A stretch of 64,000 nt of DNA from a candidate division WOR-3 bacterium (lineage in GTDB: Bacteria > Hydrothermota > Tepidihabitantia > Tepidihabitantales > JAOUPE01), in the NCBI GenBank assembly GCA_039801565.1, contig JBDRUX010000001.1, positions 32,001 through 96,000 of the forward strand. Direction: 5' to 3'. Of the stretch, positions 48,449 through 58,036 are shown piece after piece (the first letter of the stretch is position 1; every line of letters begins with the position of its first letter). A program made the translations under genes and the position numbers. The notes under the pieces are model-generated. The model searched no databases and was not told where the DNA came from. It saw only the letters and a program-made list of their open reading frames with translations.

Positions 48449-50326
48449 CTAAAAACTAATTCGGATGGTTTGGTTCGGTTTAATTTTTTTTATTAATATA
48501 GTATAACTTTGATTACCTTCATCATAATACCAATTTAATGATTGCTCATCGGGAGATTTGAAAAAGTTCAAGTGGTTCGAGGTAAAAACTTGAAGGGCGA
48601 TATCGGTGGATATACTACCGCTGTGATTGGTTAGGATTAAATTGAACCGTGGAGTATCCGATGATAGGTTCAAGGGTTCAAGAGATTTAAGAGATTCAAG
48701 GGTAAGTTCTAAGTTTAAGAGGTTATGCCACCATTGGACAAATTCCTGTCCAGTAGTAAGCCAAGTCTTCTTATTTTTAATGTAATCAATCAGTTCGGCG
48801 ATAATCGGATAATAGGTTGGGTTGGCCAGAATCTGAGTATGATAGACGAGAAGGTAGTAACTGCCCAAGTCATAGAGGCGTTCGAACTCTTCTTTCAACT
48901 CCTGTAGAACTGCCTGAGGATTTTGCATCGAATCTCGAAAAAAGATATCGTAATCGTCGCGGTTTGGCTTAGCAATAATCATAAAATCATTATAATTGCT
49001 TCTTGAAATCTTGGGGGCCAAGTAATTTCCTTCGGCTATCGCTTCTAATAAATATTTCAGACCAATTTTATTAAGGGCTCGAATCGTATTAAAATCGTAA
49101 CTGCCATAGGGTGGTCGAAACCCAACAATTTTTTGACGGCTGATTTTTTCTAAACACCGCTTGGCTTGGGCTAATTTTTTTAATTGCAACTCGTAAGATA
49201 GACCTGCTGGCTCGGTGTGGTGGTCGCCGTGCAATCCAATTTCGCCATTTTGCACCATCATTTTCACAAAAGAGGCTCTGGATTTAGCTAAACTGGCAAG
49301 AAGAAAAAAAGAACCCTTAACATTTTTAGCTTCGAGGATTTTTATTACATTTTGGACATTGTCAAAATCTTGTTCGATGTCGCCACAGATGATTGCGCAA
49401 GCTCGATAATCAAAGGGCCAGGGTTTTATTTGGACTAATGGGTTTTTCGTTACCCATAGTAATGCATTGGTGAACAGTTTTTGTGCAAAAATTTGACTTT
49501 GGTTATCGCCAGTAATCAAATTTTTGTTGAAGCCAAACCAGACGAACCTTCCATTGGCATAGTAACCGTGACATAGGGCGACACTATTTTTAAAATCCTT
49601 GGCTGTACCACCAAAATCAATCGGCGGATTACACCAGTATCCATCGGGAATAGTCCGGGTTTCGATTATTCGGGCTCGAATCCGTCCAAAACCGGTTGTA
49701 CCAATTTTAGCACCTAAAGGAAGTCCGATGCTTAAAGGTGAATTGGATTTGATAGTTAAGGGAAAATATTCCGGATGAATTTCAGTGATTTTAGTAATAC
49801 CGATGATACGATTGAGAAGGGAAATTTTTCGAACCCTACCTTTTTCATCCATTGCTCCACAATCACCAAACGCTATCAATCCGCCGCCACGCTCTAAGAA
49901 TTCGGTTATAGACTCAATTGCCGCCTCGGAAAGTTGAGAAATTCCCGGTAAGATTAAAACAGTGAAATCATTAAGTCTTTGGTTAAGGGCAAAAACATTT
50001 AATGTGCTAACTTGAACATTCTGGTTAGAGGAAAAATCGAGCCAGTCGGATAGATTAGCCATTGCGTTCGTATCTTCAACATTCGGAAGTAAAATACCAA
50101 TCCGGGCTGTAATTGATGGTAAATTAACTTTTGGCATAGCCGGTAGAATGGTTTGGTTTTGCTCGGAGAGAGTATCGGTTTTCGTTTCTGGGATTTTTCT
50201 GCCACCGGCAAAAATGGCATTGAGCTCGCCGCGAACAAGTAAAAGCGTAAAGTAATATGCCAAAAAACTGCAGGATAGAATAAAAGCACCTAAGATAAAA
50301 ATGGTTAATAAGTTAATTTTTCGCAT
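48449..50326 (-). CDS. Membrane-anchored polysaccharide deacetylase with a GATase-like N-terminal domain
   Basis: N-terminal TM; VLILPG..FLERGGGLI; GDIE, EIGLHGDHH, GFRPPYG, YH motifs (CE4/NodB-like). Confidence 0.85.
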   Translation of the reverse strand: MRKINLLTIFILGAFILSCSFLAYYFTLLLVRGELNAIFAGGRKIPETKTDTLSEQNQTILPAMPKVNLPSITARIGILLPNVEDTNAMANLSDWLDFSSNQNVQVSTLNVFALNQRLNDFTVLILPGISQLSEAAIESITEFLERGGGLIAFGDCGAMDEKGRVRKISLLNRIIGITKITEIHPEYFPLTIKSNSPLSIGLPLGAKIGTTGFGRIRARIIETRTIPDGYWCNPPIDFGGTAKDFKNSVALCHGYYANGRFVWFGFNKNLITGDNQSQIFAQKLFTNALLWVTKNPLVQIKPWPFDYRACAIICGDIEQDFDNVQNVIKILEAKNVKGSFFLLASLAKSRASFVKMMVQNGEIGLHGDHHTEPAGLSYELQLKKLAQAKRCLEKISRQKIVGFRPPYGSYDFNTIRALNKIGLKYLLEAIAEGNYLAPKISRSNYNDFMIIAKPNRDDYDIFFRDSMQNPQAVLQELKEEFERLYDLGSYYLLVYHTQILANPTYYPIIAELIDYIKNKKTWLTTGQEFVQWWHNLLNLELTLESLKSLEPLNLSSDTPRFNLILTNHSGSISTDIALQVFTSNHLNFFKSPDEQSLNWYYDEGNQSYTILIKKIKPNQTIRISF

Positions 50327-50346
50327 CGGTTATCTTATTAATATTT

Positions 50347-50640
50347 TCATTTCCACTCGGGACGAGATTCTTTTGGCTCTTTTGGCTGGTAACGGCGAAG
50401 GAGCGAGGGTGATTTGGGTTCTGTCGGTGGAGGCTGAGCAATTTCGGTCGTTGGTGCTTCATTAACTCTTGGTTTCGTTTCTTCAACCGGAGTTGGCTCA
50501 ATTCTTACTTCGGCAATTGGTTGTTTTGGACTTGCCCGTTTTCTCATCTTATAGACAATGTAGGCTAAAATCCCTAAAAATAAGGTGAGAACCGTAACTG
50601 CCAAAATGATTGTTGATAAAATTGTAATGACGACATTCAT
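50347..50640 (-). CDS. Small membrane protein with Pro-rich tail
   Basis: AAGGAG RBS, 30-residue hydrophobic N-terminus, in-operon position. Confidence 0.75.
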   Translation of the reverse strand: MNVVITILSTIILAVTVLTLFLGILAYIVYKMRKRASPKQPIAEVRIEPTPVEETKPRVNEAPTTEIAQPPPTEPKSPSLLRRYQPKEPKESRPEWK

Positions 50641-50662
50641 ACCAGCTCCTTCTTAACAGTTT

Positions 50663-52042
50663 TCATAACACCTTCACGCCATTAATTCGACCATTCCGCT
50701 CTAACTTATCCCAACTCATACCAAGACTTAAGAATTCTTCAACCGTAGCCAAGACTTTGATAATATCAATAATTAAGATAAAGAATAAGCGATAGGGCAC
50801 AGCACAAAGGACAAGATTCGTTGCTTCTTTTTCACAGGCAACACAAAACAGAGCTGCCATCATATCTAAGGCTAAGAGTTGTAACCACCAAAAGACAATT
50901 AAAGGTGAAAAACCAAAGCTTAAGGCGATGACAATGAAGAATAGGTGGGCAAAAATATTCATCGCGGGCCAAAGGATTGCTTCATAAATCATTTGCCAAA
51001 ATACTAAGGTCGCGGCAAAATTAATTTTAGGGTTGAAAAGAATATTTTTATGTTTTCGAATTGATTGGATGATGCCACGGGTCCAGCGATAACGTTGTTT
51101 GACCAAATCAAGCCAATTTTCAGGCACTTCGGTAAAGGCACAAGCCTCGGGTTCGTATTGGACCTGAAAGCCCGCCCTTAAGATTTTTAAAGTGACATCA
51201 CAGTCCTCGGCAGAGGTATCCGAGGAGTAATGTCCAACCACATCTAAGACAGAACGGCGGAAAAAACCAATCGGTCCTGGAACAATATTCACTAAGCCAA
51301 ATAATCCCTGGGCGCGTCGCGGCATATTTAGTCCTTCAACATATTCTAAACCTTGTAGCACCGAGACCAATTTTTGCCGGTTTACCGCTTTAACATTTCC
51401 AGCTACTGCTCCGACTTTTGGGTTTTGAAAGTGACGAATCCCTTGCCGCAGCGCTTCGGGATTAACCAAACTGTCACCATCCACGCAGACAATGAATTCA
51501 CCCTGAGCGGAGTCTAAACCATAGTTAAGTGCCTTTGCCTTGCCACCATTGGGTTTTGAAAGCACCAAAACTTTGGGTTTAGTGGGAAGGGTGGAAGTAA
51601 TCCGCTCCAGTCGCTCTTTAGTATCATCAGTTGAACCATCATCAATTATGATTATCTCATAATTTGGATAATCAAGATTTAAAAGAGAATGAACGACAGA
51701 TTCAATCACTTTGCCTTCATTGTAGACCGGTACTAAAATCGAAACCAACGGTAAATCATCAATTTTCTCTTTCGGCAAAATTTCCGGTGGTAGGCTACTG
51801 GTGTGGTGAAGATAAGCGAAAATCAAAATGAAAAAATAGCGAAGAAGCAACATAATCAAAAAGGCAAGTAGCACAACTGTCAAAGCAAGAATAAAGGTTG
51901 TGCCAAAAGCCAGAGCTGACCGTTGGTGAAAATGATAAGTGAGAAAGCCAAAAAGCAGACATAAGACTAAAAGCAAAATAAACCACAAACCATATCTGGT
52001 TTTGTTCATTTCGCTTCGTCTAAGCAAAGTTTTTGATTGCAT
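50663..52042 (-). CDS. Processive GT2 polysaccharide synthase (PgaC/IcaA/cellulose-synthase-like)
   Basis: PVYNE, DDGSTD, GKAKALN, DGD, AED, QRYRW; TM helices at both ends. Confidence 0.92.
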   Translation of the reverse strand: MQSKTLLRRSEMNKTRYGLWFILLLVLCLLFGFLTYHFHQRSALAFGTTFILALTVVLLAFLIMLLLRYFFILIFAYLHHTSSLPPEILPKEKIDDLPLVSILVPVYNEGKVIESVVHSLLNLDYPNYEIIIIDDGSTDDTKERLERITSTLPTKPKVLVLSKPNGGKAKALNYGLDSAQGEFIVCVDGDSLVNPEALRQGIRHFQNPKVGAVAGNVKAVNRQKLVSVLQGLEYVEGLNMPRRAQGLFGLVNIVPGPIGFFRRSVLDVVGHYSSDTSAEDCDVTLKILRAGFQVQYEPEACAFTEVPENWLDLVKQRYRWTRGIIQSIRKHKNILFNPKINFAATLVFWQMIYEAILWPAMNIFAHLFFIVIALSFGFSPLIVFWWLQLLALDMMAALFCVACEKEATNLVLCAVPYRLFFILIIDIIKVLATVEEFLSLGMSWDKLERNGRINGVKVL

Positions 52043-52043
52043 A

Positions 52044-53900
52044 TTAAAGACCCAATTTTAAATAGGCGGTTAATGATTGATACCAATAAGCCGGTGCTGC
52101 GGTCACCGATGCTGCTGGTAGGGTCCGGCGGGTATCCGAATAGGAGAATTGAATGCCAAGTACCAATTTGGTTTTGGGCGGATTAAGTGCGAAATTAGCA
52201 ACGATCGCCCGTGCCCAAGTTGCTAAGTTGGTCACTTTCGCAATTTCCAAACTTACATAATATGACAGTGGTGACTGTGAACCATTAGCCAATTCAATCC
52301 ATAGGGAATGTGTTTGATAAAAATCTGGCGACCAGTAATAATGCGAGGTGTCGGAATAGGTAATTAAATTGTAACGATAACCAAGTGTCAAGATATGAAA
52401 CATTTTGTAAAAGATTTTAGCTTGCGGGTTTTGCAGTTGATTTAAATCCGAATAACTGCCATAAAGATAACTGGCAAATAGACCATAATTCTTCTCAAAT
52501 TGGTAATAACCTTGAATCAAAAAATTATCGGTGGTAATACCTTGAATCAAGGAACGGGTTGTTAAGACATCGTTTATGATGTCATAATGGTCATAACTGA
52601 AGTTAAAATTGCTATTTGGATAAGGTGTATAATCAAACTTTATCCCGTAAGAATGGGTATTATCCAAACAATCATAAAAGTTATAGGTATACCTAACCAC
52701 TCCCCACACTGACTCGGAGAATTTTTCTATTAGCCGAATCGAATAAGAATAAGCGCTGATGTAATCCTCCTGTTGTTTGAATTCGCAATAAGCAAATCCT
52801 GGCTCAAGAGCGGTCTTGGTACTCAAATTTAATTGCAAATTGGCACTGAATCGTTTTAAACTAAAATCTTCGTTATCCCATAGCGAATTGCCTGAAGCTT
52901 GAAATTGGGGACCGCCGATGATTTTGGCTTTTAACTCTTTTTGTCTTTTTAAAGCGGTAAGATTTTTGGGGTCTTTTTCCAAAATCTTTTCATAAATCGC
53001 TAAAGCCCCAGTATTGTTCCCCTGCCAATAATAAGTTTCGGCCAATCCGGTTAGGACCTTAAGGTCAGTAGTGTCGAGTTTTAAATATTGGTGAATTGCG
53101 GAATCGTAGGCACCACTCCAGCTTAAGACCCGAGCCAATTCCAAAGCCGATTTTTGGTCGTTAGGATTAAGGGTTAACAGTTGGCGATAGGCGATGATTG
53201 ACTTTTCATACTTGCCCGCCCAACTTAACATCGCAGCATATTCACCCCAGGCAGTCGTATCAAGCGGATTTTTACGCAAATAGACCTCGTACAGTGATTC
53301 GGCTAAAGGATAGGCCTCTTGACCAACTAAAGTTCTGGCTCGGTTTAAAAGGTCGTTCGAAGTTGGATTCTGATTTAAGTATGATTCCACTCCTCGTTTA
53401 TTTTCTTTACTTTCTTTTACCCATCTCACTTTTTTCCTATTAGCGGCGAAATCGGTTGCTGATTCTGTCTGTCCACTAGTTAAAGTCTGATACTCTTTGT
53501 ACAACTGTGTCAACTTAAGTCTTGCTTCGTTATCTTTTGGATAGCGCAAAGAATAATTAGTATACTGCGCAATCAAAGATTCCAATTTTTCCTTTTTTCT
53601 TCTTGTTACTTCTTGTAATAATTGGTCAATTGTTGGGTCAGCCACGAGCGCTTTTGCCTTTTTTAATGCCATAATTGCCTTTGATTCATCCTCAATCATC
53701 GAAAAACATTGTCCAAGTAGTTTCCAAGCCGGTCCGTTTTGGGGATTCATCTGCAATTCTTTCTCTAAAAGGAAAATTGCCTCGGAATAAAGCCTTTGGT
53801 CGAATTTGTTTTTTGCCTTATAGAAATAATCAAAATAAGCAAAAACGAAAAATGGAAAAAGGAGTAGAAAAATTGCGTTGGTTTTGAATCGTTTCAGCAT
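52044..53900 (-). CDS. TPR plus C-terminal beta-barrel export protein (PgaA/BcsC-like)
   Basis: Signal peptide, TPRs (LARVLSWSG.Y), aromatic-rich amphipathic strands with YWSP motif. Confidence 0.78.
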   Translation of the reverse strand: MLKRFKTNAIFLLLFPFFVFAYFDYFYKAKNKFDQRLYSEAIFLLEKELQMNPQNGPAWKLLGQCFSMIEDESKAIMALKKAKALVADPTIDQLLQEVTRRKKEKLESLIAQYTNYSLRYPKDNEARLKLTQLYKEYQTLTSGQTESATDFAANRKKVRWVKESKENKRGVESYLNQNPTSNDLLNRARTLVGQEAYPLAESLYEVYLRKNPLDTTAWGEYAAMLSWAGKYEKSIIAYRQLLTLNPNDQKSALELARVLSWSGAYDSAIHQYLKLDTTDLKVLTGLAETYYWQGNNTGALAIYEKILEKDPKNLTALKRQKELKAKIIGGPQFQASGNSLWDNEDFSLKRFSANLQLNLSTKTALEPGFAYCEFKQQEDYISAYSYSIRLIEKFSESVWGVVRYTYNFYDCLDNTHSYGIKFDYTPYPNSNFNFSYDHYDIINDVLTTRSLIQGITTDNFLIQGYYQFEKNYGLFASYLYGSYSDLNQLQNPQAKIFYKMFHILTLGYRYNLITYSDTSHYYWSPDFYQTHSLWIELANGSQSPLSYYVSLEIAKVTNLATWARAIVANFALNPPKTKLVLGIQFSYSDTRRTLPAASVTAAPAYWYQSLTAYLKLGL

Positions 53901-53905
53901 AAAAT

Positions 53906-55258
53906 TTATCCGGTTCTAATAATGGTTTCAATATCGTTACTGTTTCGAATATCGTCGGGATAGGCATAGGCGATTACTTGGATGTCAATCCCCGGCAAGT
54001 TAGGTGATTCAGCGAGCATCGTCTTTACGATTTTTTCTCTAATCTCGGGAACCATTGTTTGCATTTCCGATTTTGTCACCTTATGGAGTAAGACAATAAT
54101 CTTATCGGAGTATCTACCAACCGGCACTGGCTTATTTATTACTTGTTTGACCGCTTTGGCGAGGTTTTGGGAAAGAAGTAACCTTTTGGCGCGACTCTCA
54201 ACCCCACCAGTTATTGTCACCAACATTATGGAGAAAGGGTGCTTCTTCTCAAGCACACCATTGACAATTTGCAACAATCCATCAAAATTGAAGAATCCAG
54301 TAAAATCATCACGGTCTAAGTCTCGAATTGGATATTCCGGAATTGCTTCTTCTATTACGATCGGTGGGATTCTATCGGTTTCGATAGTTGGACTAATACT
54401 TTTTTCTGGCTGGGGTGGTGGTTCTTTTGGTATAATCTCCGTTATTGCTTCTTTTTCGGTTGGTATGACCGCAGTTTCAATTGTCTTGCTCGGTTCGGCG
54501 ACTTCGGGCTTGATAGCGATTTCGGCTGATTCTCCCTTTTCAACCAAGGTTGGTTGTGGTGTAATTTCCGGTTGAGGTGTTGGTTCGAACCGACTCAAAC
54601 CAATTCCAATTCGGATTTGATAGGAATCGGTATGAGTCAATGGATAATGCCCTAATCTTGCCTGTAAGGATAAAACCCGCGAGTTATCCGCTAACGGTTG
54701 GGTCAACTTTAAAGTAGCGGTAACTATCGAAGTTAAAAAATCAAAGATTTGTTGAGCCAAAGCATTGACTGGTTCACCTAAGGTGATTATAGTTGTTACC
54801 TTAAATTCTTCCCAGGCATAAATTAATTCGGTAATTTTTTCTTTTAGGATAGCAATGTCTTCAAATTGTAATAAGGGAGCAAATGAATCAAAAATTAATC
54901 TTTCCGGTCTCTCTTGCTCAATAATTTGATTGATTTCATTTATTGTTTTACTTAACAATTCATTAGTTAATGAAGAACTTTTTTGATTTAAGTTAAAGAT
55001 TAAAAGTTCGTTATGTTCTAAGGGTTTTGCCAGTTCAAATTGTAAGGCTTCAGCGCGCAAAAGAAGGTCTTCAGCCCTTTCGTCAGTAAAAAAGACCACC
55101 TTTCCTCTTGTCCGTAATCCAGTAAGAGCAAATTGAAGGCAAAAGGTGGTCTTACCAGAATTTACCGGGCCGGTTAATAGATAAGTTCTGCCTTTATAGA
55201 ATCCTTGCCACAGATTGTCAATTATGTCAAAGCCCGTGGCAATCTTCGGGAACAACAT
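53906..55258 (-). CDS. KaiC/RecA-like ATPase fused to a degenerate GGDEF-like domain
   Basis: IATGFDIID, GPVNSGKTTFCLQF, RLIFDS; Pro/Glu linker; DDFTGFFN...FSIMLV...VGRYSDKIIVLL. Start ATG 55258 after AAGGAGG. Confidence 0.8.
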   Translation of the reverse strand: MLFPKIATGFDIIDNLWQGFYKGRTYLLTGPVNSGKTTFCLQFALTGLRTRGKVVFFTDERAEDLLLRAEALQFELAKPLEHNELLIFNLNQKSSSLTNELLSKTINEINQIIEQERPERLIFDSFAPLLQFEDIAILKEKITELIYAWEEFKVTTIITLGEPVNALAQQIFDFLTSIVTATLKLTQPLADNSRVLSLQARLGHYPLTHTDSYQIRIGIGLSRFEPTPQPEITPQPTLVEKGESAEIAIKPEVAEPSKTIETAVIPTEKEAITEIIPKEPPPQPEKSISPTIETDRIPPIVIEEAIPEYPIRDLDRDDFTGFFNFDGLLQIVNGVLEKKHPFSIMLVTITGGVESRAKRLLLSQNLAKAVKQVINKPVPVGRYSDKIIVLLHKVTKSEMQTMVPEIREKIVKTMLAESPNLPGIDIQVIAYAYPDDIRNSNDIETIIRTG

Positions 55259-55395
55259 CAACACCTCCTTACCGCTTCGCTTTTATTCGTTTAAGGCGGA
55301 TAAGATTATTTAGCGTTTGGTCATATACCTTTCTGGCTGCCAAATAGCATCCGCCTCCTTGCTAACGACCTTAAAGTTTAGGCCTTAGCTAAAAT

Positions 55396-55424
55396 ATAAT
55401 AACATAAATTTAACTTTTTGTCAA
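55396..55424 (-). promoter_or_regulatory. Sigma70-type promoter of the EPS operon
   Basis: TTGACA-N17-TATTAT with extended TG. Confidence 0.7.
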
Positions 55425-55506
55425 GCCTGCAATTTGCGAAGCGGTTAAGTCGGTAGGTTTAATTGCGAATTAACCCCTCAATTTATAACGGCTATTAGCT
55501 AACTTT

Positions 55507-55986
55507 TTAATAATTAAGTCGCCAGAGCACGAAATTAAGAATCGCAGCGAAACTTACCCATAAGAGATAGGGAAACAGTAACAATCCAGCGGTCTTAGAT
55601 ATTGGATAAAAGAACAAGACTGTAACTAATATTAAAACCCAAAGGATTATGATTTCGATGAAGGCAATAAAAGGAGAACGAAGTCCAAAGAATAAGATAG
55701 ACCATAAGATATTAAAAACCAATTGAATACCAAAAACGATTAAAGCTGGTTTAAGTTGTGGGAAACTCATTCCCTTTTGCCAAACCAAAAATACCGCTAT
55801 GCCCATTAGCAGAAATAGACCTGTCCAGACCGGACCAAAAAGCCAGTTTGGCGGATTAAAAATAGGTTTCTTAAGCGATGCGTACCAGGTTGGAATCGAA
55901 CGGGTAGTGAAAATTGAACCAATAACCCCTGCTAACTGGCAAATGATTATACTTCCGACCAACTTCAATATGGTAATTGATTTCAT
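55507..55986 (-). CDS. tspO: TspO/MBR tryptophan-rich sensory protein
   Basis: WYASLKKP.FNPPNWLFGPVW, QLVFNILWS.LFFG, PYLLWVSFA; start placed at ATG 55986. Confidence 0.92.
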   Translation of the reverse strand: MKSITILKLVGSIIICQLAGVIGSIFTTRSIPTWYASLKKPIFNPPNWLFGPVWTGLFLLMGIAVFLVWQKGMSFPQLKPALIVFGIQLVFNILWSILFFGLRSPFIAFIEIIILWVLILVTVLFFYPISKTAGLLLFPYLLWVSFAAILNFVLWRLNY

Positions 55987-56029
55987 TAGCCTAATGATAA
56001 TTAAAATGTTGCTTTCGTCAATAACAATC

Positions 56030-56146
56030 AATTACAAACTTAGGTGACCAAACTCCGAAGTCGGCTTTAAGGCTATCTGATTGGCTATTAAAGTCAATTT
56101 GGCTTGCGTTAAGTTTCTTCGCCATTGCTTCAGTAACAATCAACAT
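56030..56146 (-). pseudogene. N-terminal remnant of an XRE-HTH gene
   Basis: MLIVTEAMAKKL / NLTQAK...IANQIALKPTSEFGHLSL*; same position relative to the palindrome as copy 1. Confidence 0.5.
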
Positions 56147-56154
56147 CACAAAAG

Positions 56155-56455
56155 GTTAGTTAAAACTAACACCAAAATCGAGCCGAATTTCTTTTAACCT
56201 TTTGATATTTAAATATCTTATATTTAAGATTGCTTTGGGAGGGGGTATGGCCTCGGGGCAACCCCGTAGGCTACCCCCTAAGTCTTCCTATAGGTTGCTT
56301 GGGGAGTTACTTCGGCAGCTGATTGGCAGGTAGGTTCGGGAGCGACTTCGCAGGCAACTCCCGAAGCGGGTTAGAGAACAATCTGGCAAGCACCCTCGGG
56401 AGTTGGTTTGGGGGCTACCCCCGTAGGCTACATAGGAGTCTGCTCGTAGGCCAGC
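56155..56455 (+). repeat. Dispersed element copy 4 (palindrome, spacer, 12-bp array)
   Basis: GTTAGTTAAAACTAAC...GGGGGTATGG...ccgtaggctacc...tggcaggtaggt tcgggagcgact tcgcaggcaact; unit-by-unit colinear with copy 1. Confidence 0.85.
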
Positions 56456-56765
56456 AATAGAATCTTTTAGAATTCATCAATCCTGGTTTTTAATGGCTCC
56501 TGACGGATGACTAATATTATCAGAGAAAAATGAAGTTTTAACATTTAGGTAGCGGGTATTATCGGGGAAGATATTAGAGAATGCGAAGCGACTCTTCAGG
56601 TGCAGAGTTTAAATTTTATGCGTTAGCAGATAGTATTTAGGAGTGGATTTGGTCCGCCTTTGAGAGAAAAGAAAAAAGCGAAACATCCGCTGACAATTTT
56701 CATTTATGAGAGAGATTCCTAAAATTTACCCTTGACGAGTTGTTTTTTCTAATTAATATTATAAA

Positions 56766-57980
56766 GTGAAGAATGCAATCGCTTTCATCTTAGCCGGTGG
56801 TCAGGGCGAACGGCTCTATCCTCTAACCAAAGACCGGGCAAAACCAGCGGTACCATTTGGGGGCATTTATCGAATCATTGACTTCACCCTGTCGAATTGC
56901 GTTAATTCGAATCTGAAACGAATTTATGTTCTAACCCAATACAAATCATTCGCTCTTGACCGTCACATCAGTCTTGGCTGGAATATCTTCAATCCGGAGC
57001 TTGGTGAGTTTTTACATTGTTTGCCACCGCAGTTCCGAATGAAAGATGATTGGTATTTAGGAACCGCTGATTCAGTTTATCAAAATCTCTATTCCCTCAA
57101 ATCGGCTAATCCCGAATATGTCTTTGTTCTTTCTGGTGACCACATCTATAAGATGGATTATCGCAAGATGTTAAAATTTCATCGGACTAAAGAGGCTTCG
57201 GTAACGATTGGATTGTATGAAGTGCCGATTGAACAGGCTTCACGGTTTGGGGTCTTAGAGGTTGACTCCGAACTGCGCATCGTTGGTTTTGAGGAAAAAC
57301 CCCAAAAACCAAAGCCTAATCCTAATGACCCATCCAAGGCACTGATTTCGATGGGTGTTTATCTTTTCAATACCGAGGCATTGGTCGCAGCACTGATGGT
57401 TGATGCTGAAGACCCCAACTCTTCCCATGATTTTGGTCGAGATGTCTTACCAAAGATGTTTGAAGGTTATAAGGTTTATGGTTATCCGTTTGAGGATGAA
57501 AACCGCGGACCAATAAAATACTGGCGGGATGTCGGTACGATTGATGATTATTATCTGGCAAATATGGATTTAGTGGAGGTTGCACCAATCTTTAACCTTT
57601 ATGATAAGCGCTGGCCAATTCGAACTTACCAACCGCAATTGCCACCGGCCAAAACTGTATTCTTTGACTATCGGTCGGGTCGAGTCGGCGAAATTTTGCA
57701 ATCAATTATTGCTCCAGGAGCGATAATCAGCGGCGGTAAGGTTTGTCGTTCAATTATATCGCATCAAGTGCATATTCATTCTTATACCGATATTGCCGAT
57801 TCAATCCTTTTGGAAGGGGTTGAGGTCGGTCGTTATGCTAAGATTCGGCGCGCCATCATTGATAAATGGGTGAAGATTCCGGAAAGAATGGAAATTGGTT
57901 ATAATCTCGACGAAGACCGAAAACGATTCTTTGTCACTGATTCGGGAATTGTGGTCATTCCTAAAGATACTAAATTTTAA
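56766..57980 (+). CDS. glgC: Glucose-1-phosphate adenylyltransferase
   Basis: ILAGGQGERLYPLT.DRAKPAVPFGG.YRIIDF, WYLGTAD, SGDHIYKMDY, FEEKP, YWRDVGT. Confidence 0.97.
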   Translation: MKNAIAFILAGGQGERLYPLTKDRAKPAVPFGGIYRIIDFTLSNCVNSNLKRIYVLTQYKSFALDRHISLGWNIFNPELGEFLHCLPPQFRMKDDWYLGTADSVYQNLYSLKSANPEYVFVLSGDHIYKMDYRKMLKFHRTKEASVTIGLYEVPIEQASRFGVLEVDSELRIVGFEEKPQKPKPNPNDPSKALISMGVYLFNTEALVAALMVDAEDPNSSHDFGRDVLPKMFEGYKVYGYPFEDENRGPIKYWRDVGTIDDYYLANMDLVEVAPIFNLYDKRWPIRTYQPQLPPAKTVFFDYRSGRVGEILQSIIAPGAIISGGKVCRSIISHQVHIHSYTDIADSILLEGVEVGRYAKIRRAIIDKWVKIPERMEIGYNLDEDRKRFFVTDSGIVVIPKDTKF

Positions 57981-58036
57981 CCTAATGCCTTCACAAGAAT
58001 CCAAGATTAAAAATCAAAACGCTAAGGAGAAATAAA

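Noticed and set aside
53982..54575. 197-aa plus-strand ORF and other antisense ORFs in the track
   Set aside because: Shadow frames of well-supported genes on the opposite strand.
55270..55395. c-di-GMP-I riboswitch before the EPS operon
   Set aside because: GGCCTAAAC and GGCAGCCAG fragments are reminiscent, but the GNRA-capped P2 and GCAAA junctions are not present in order.
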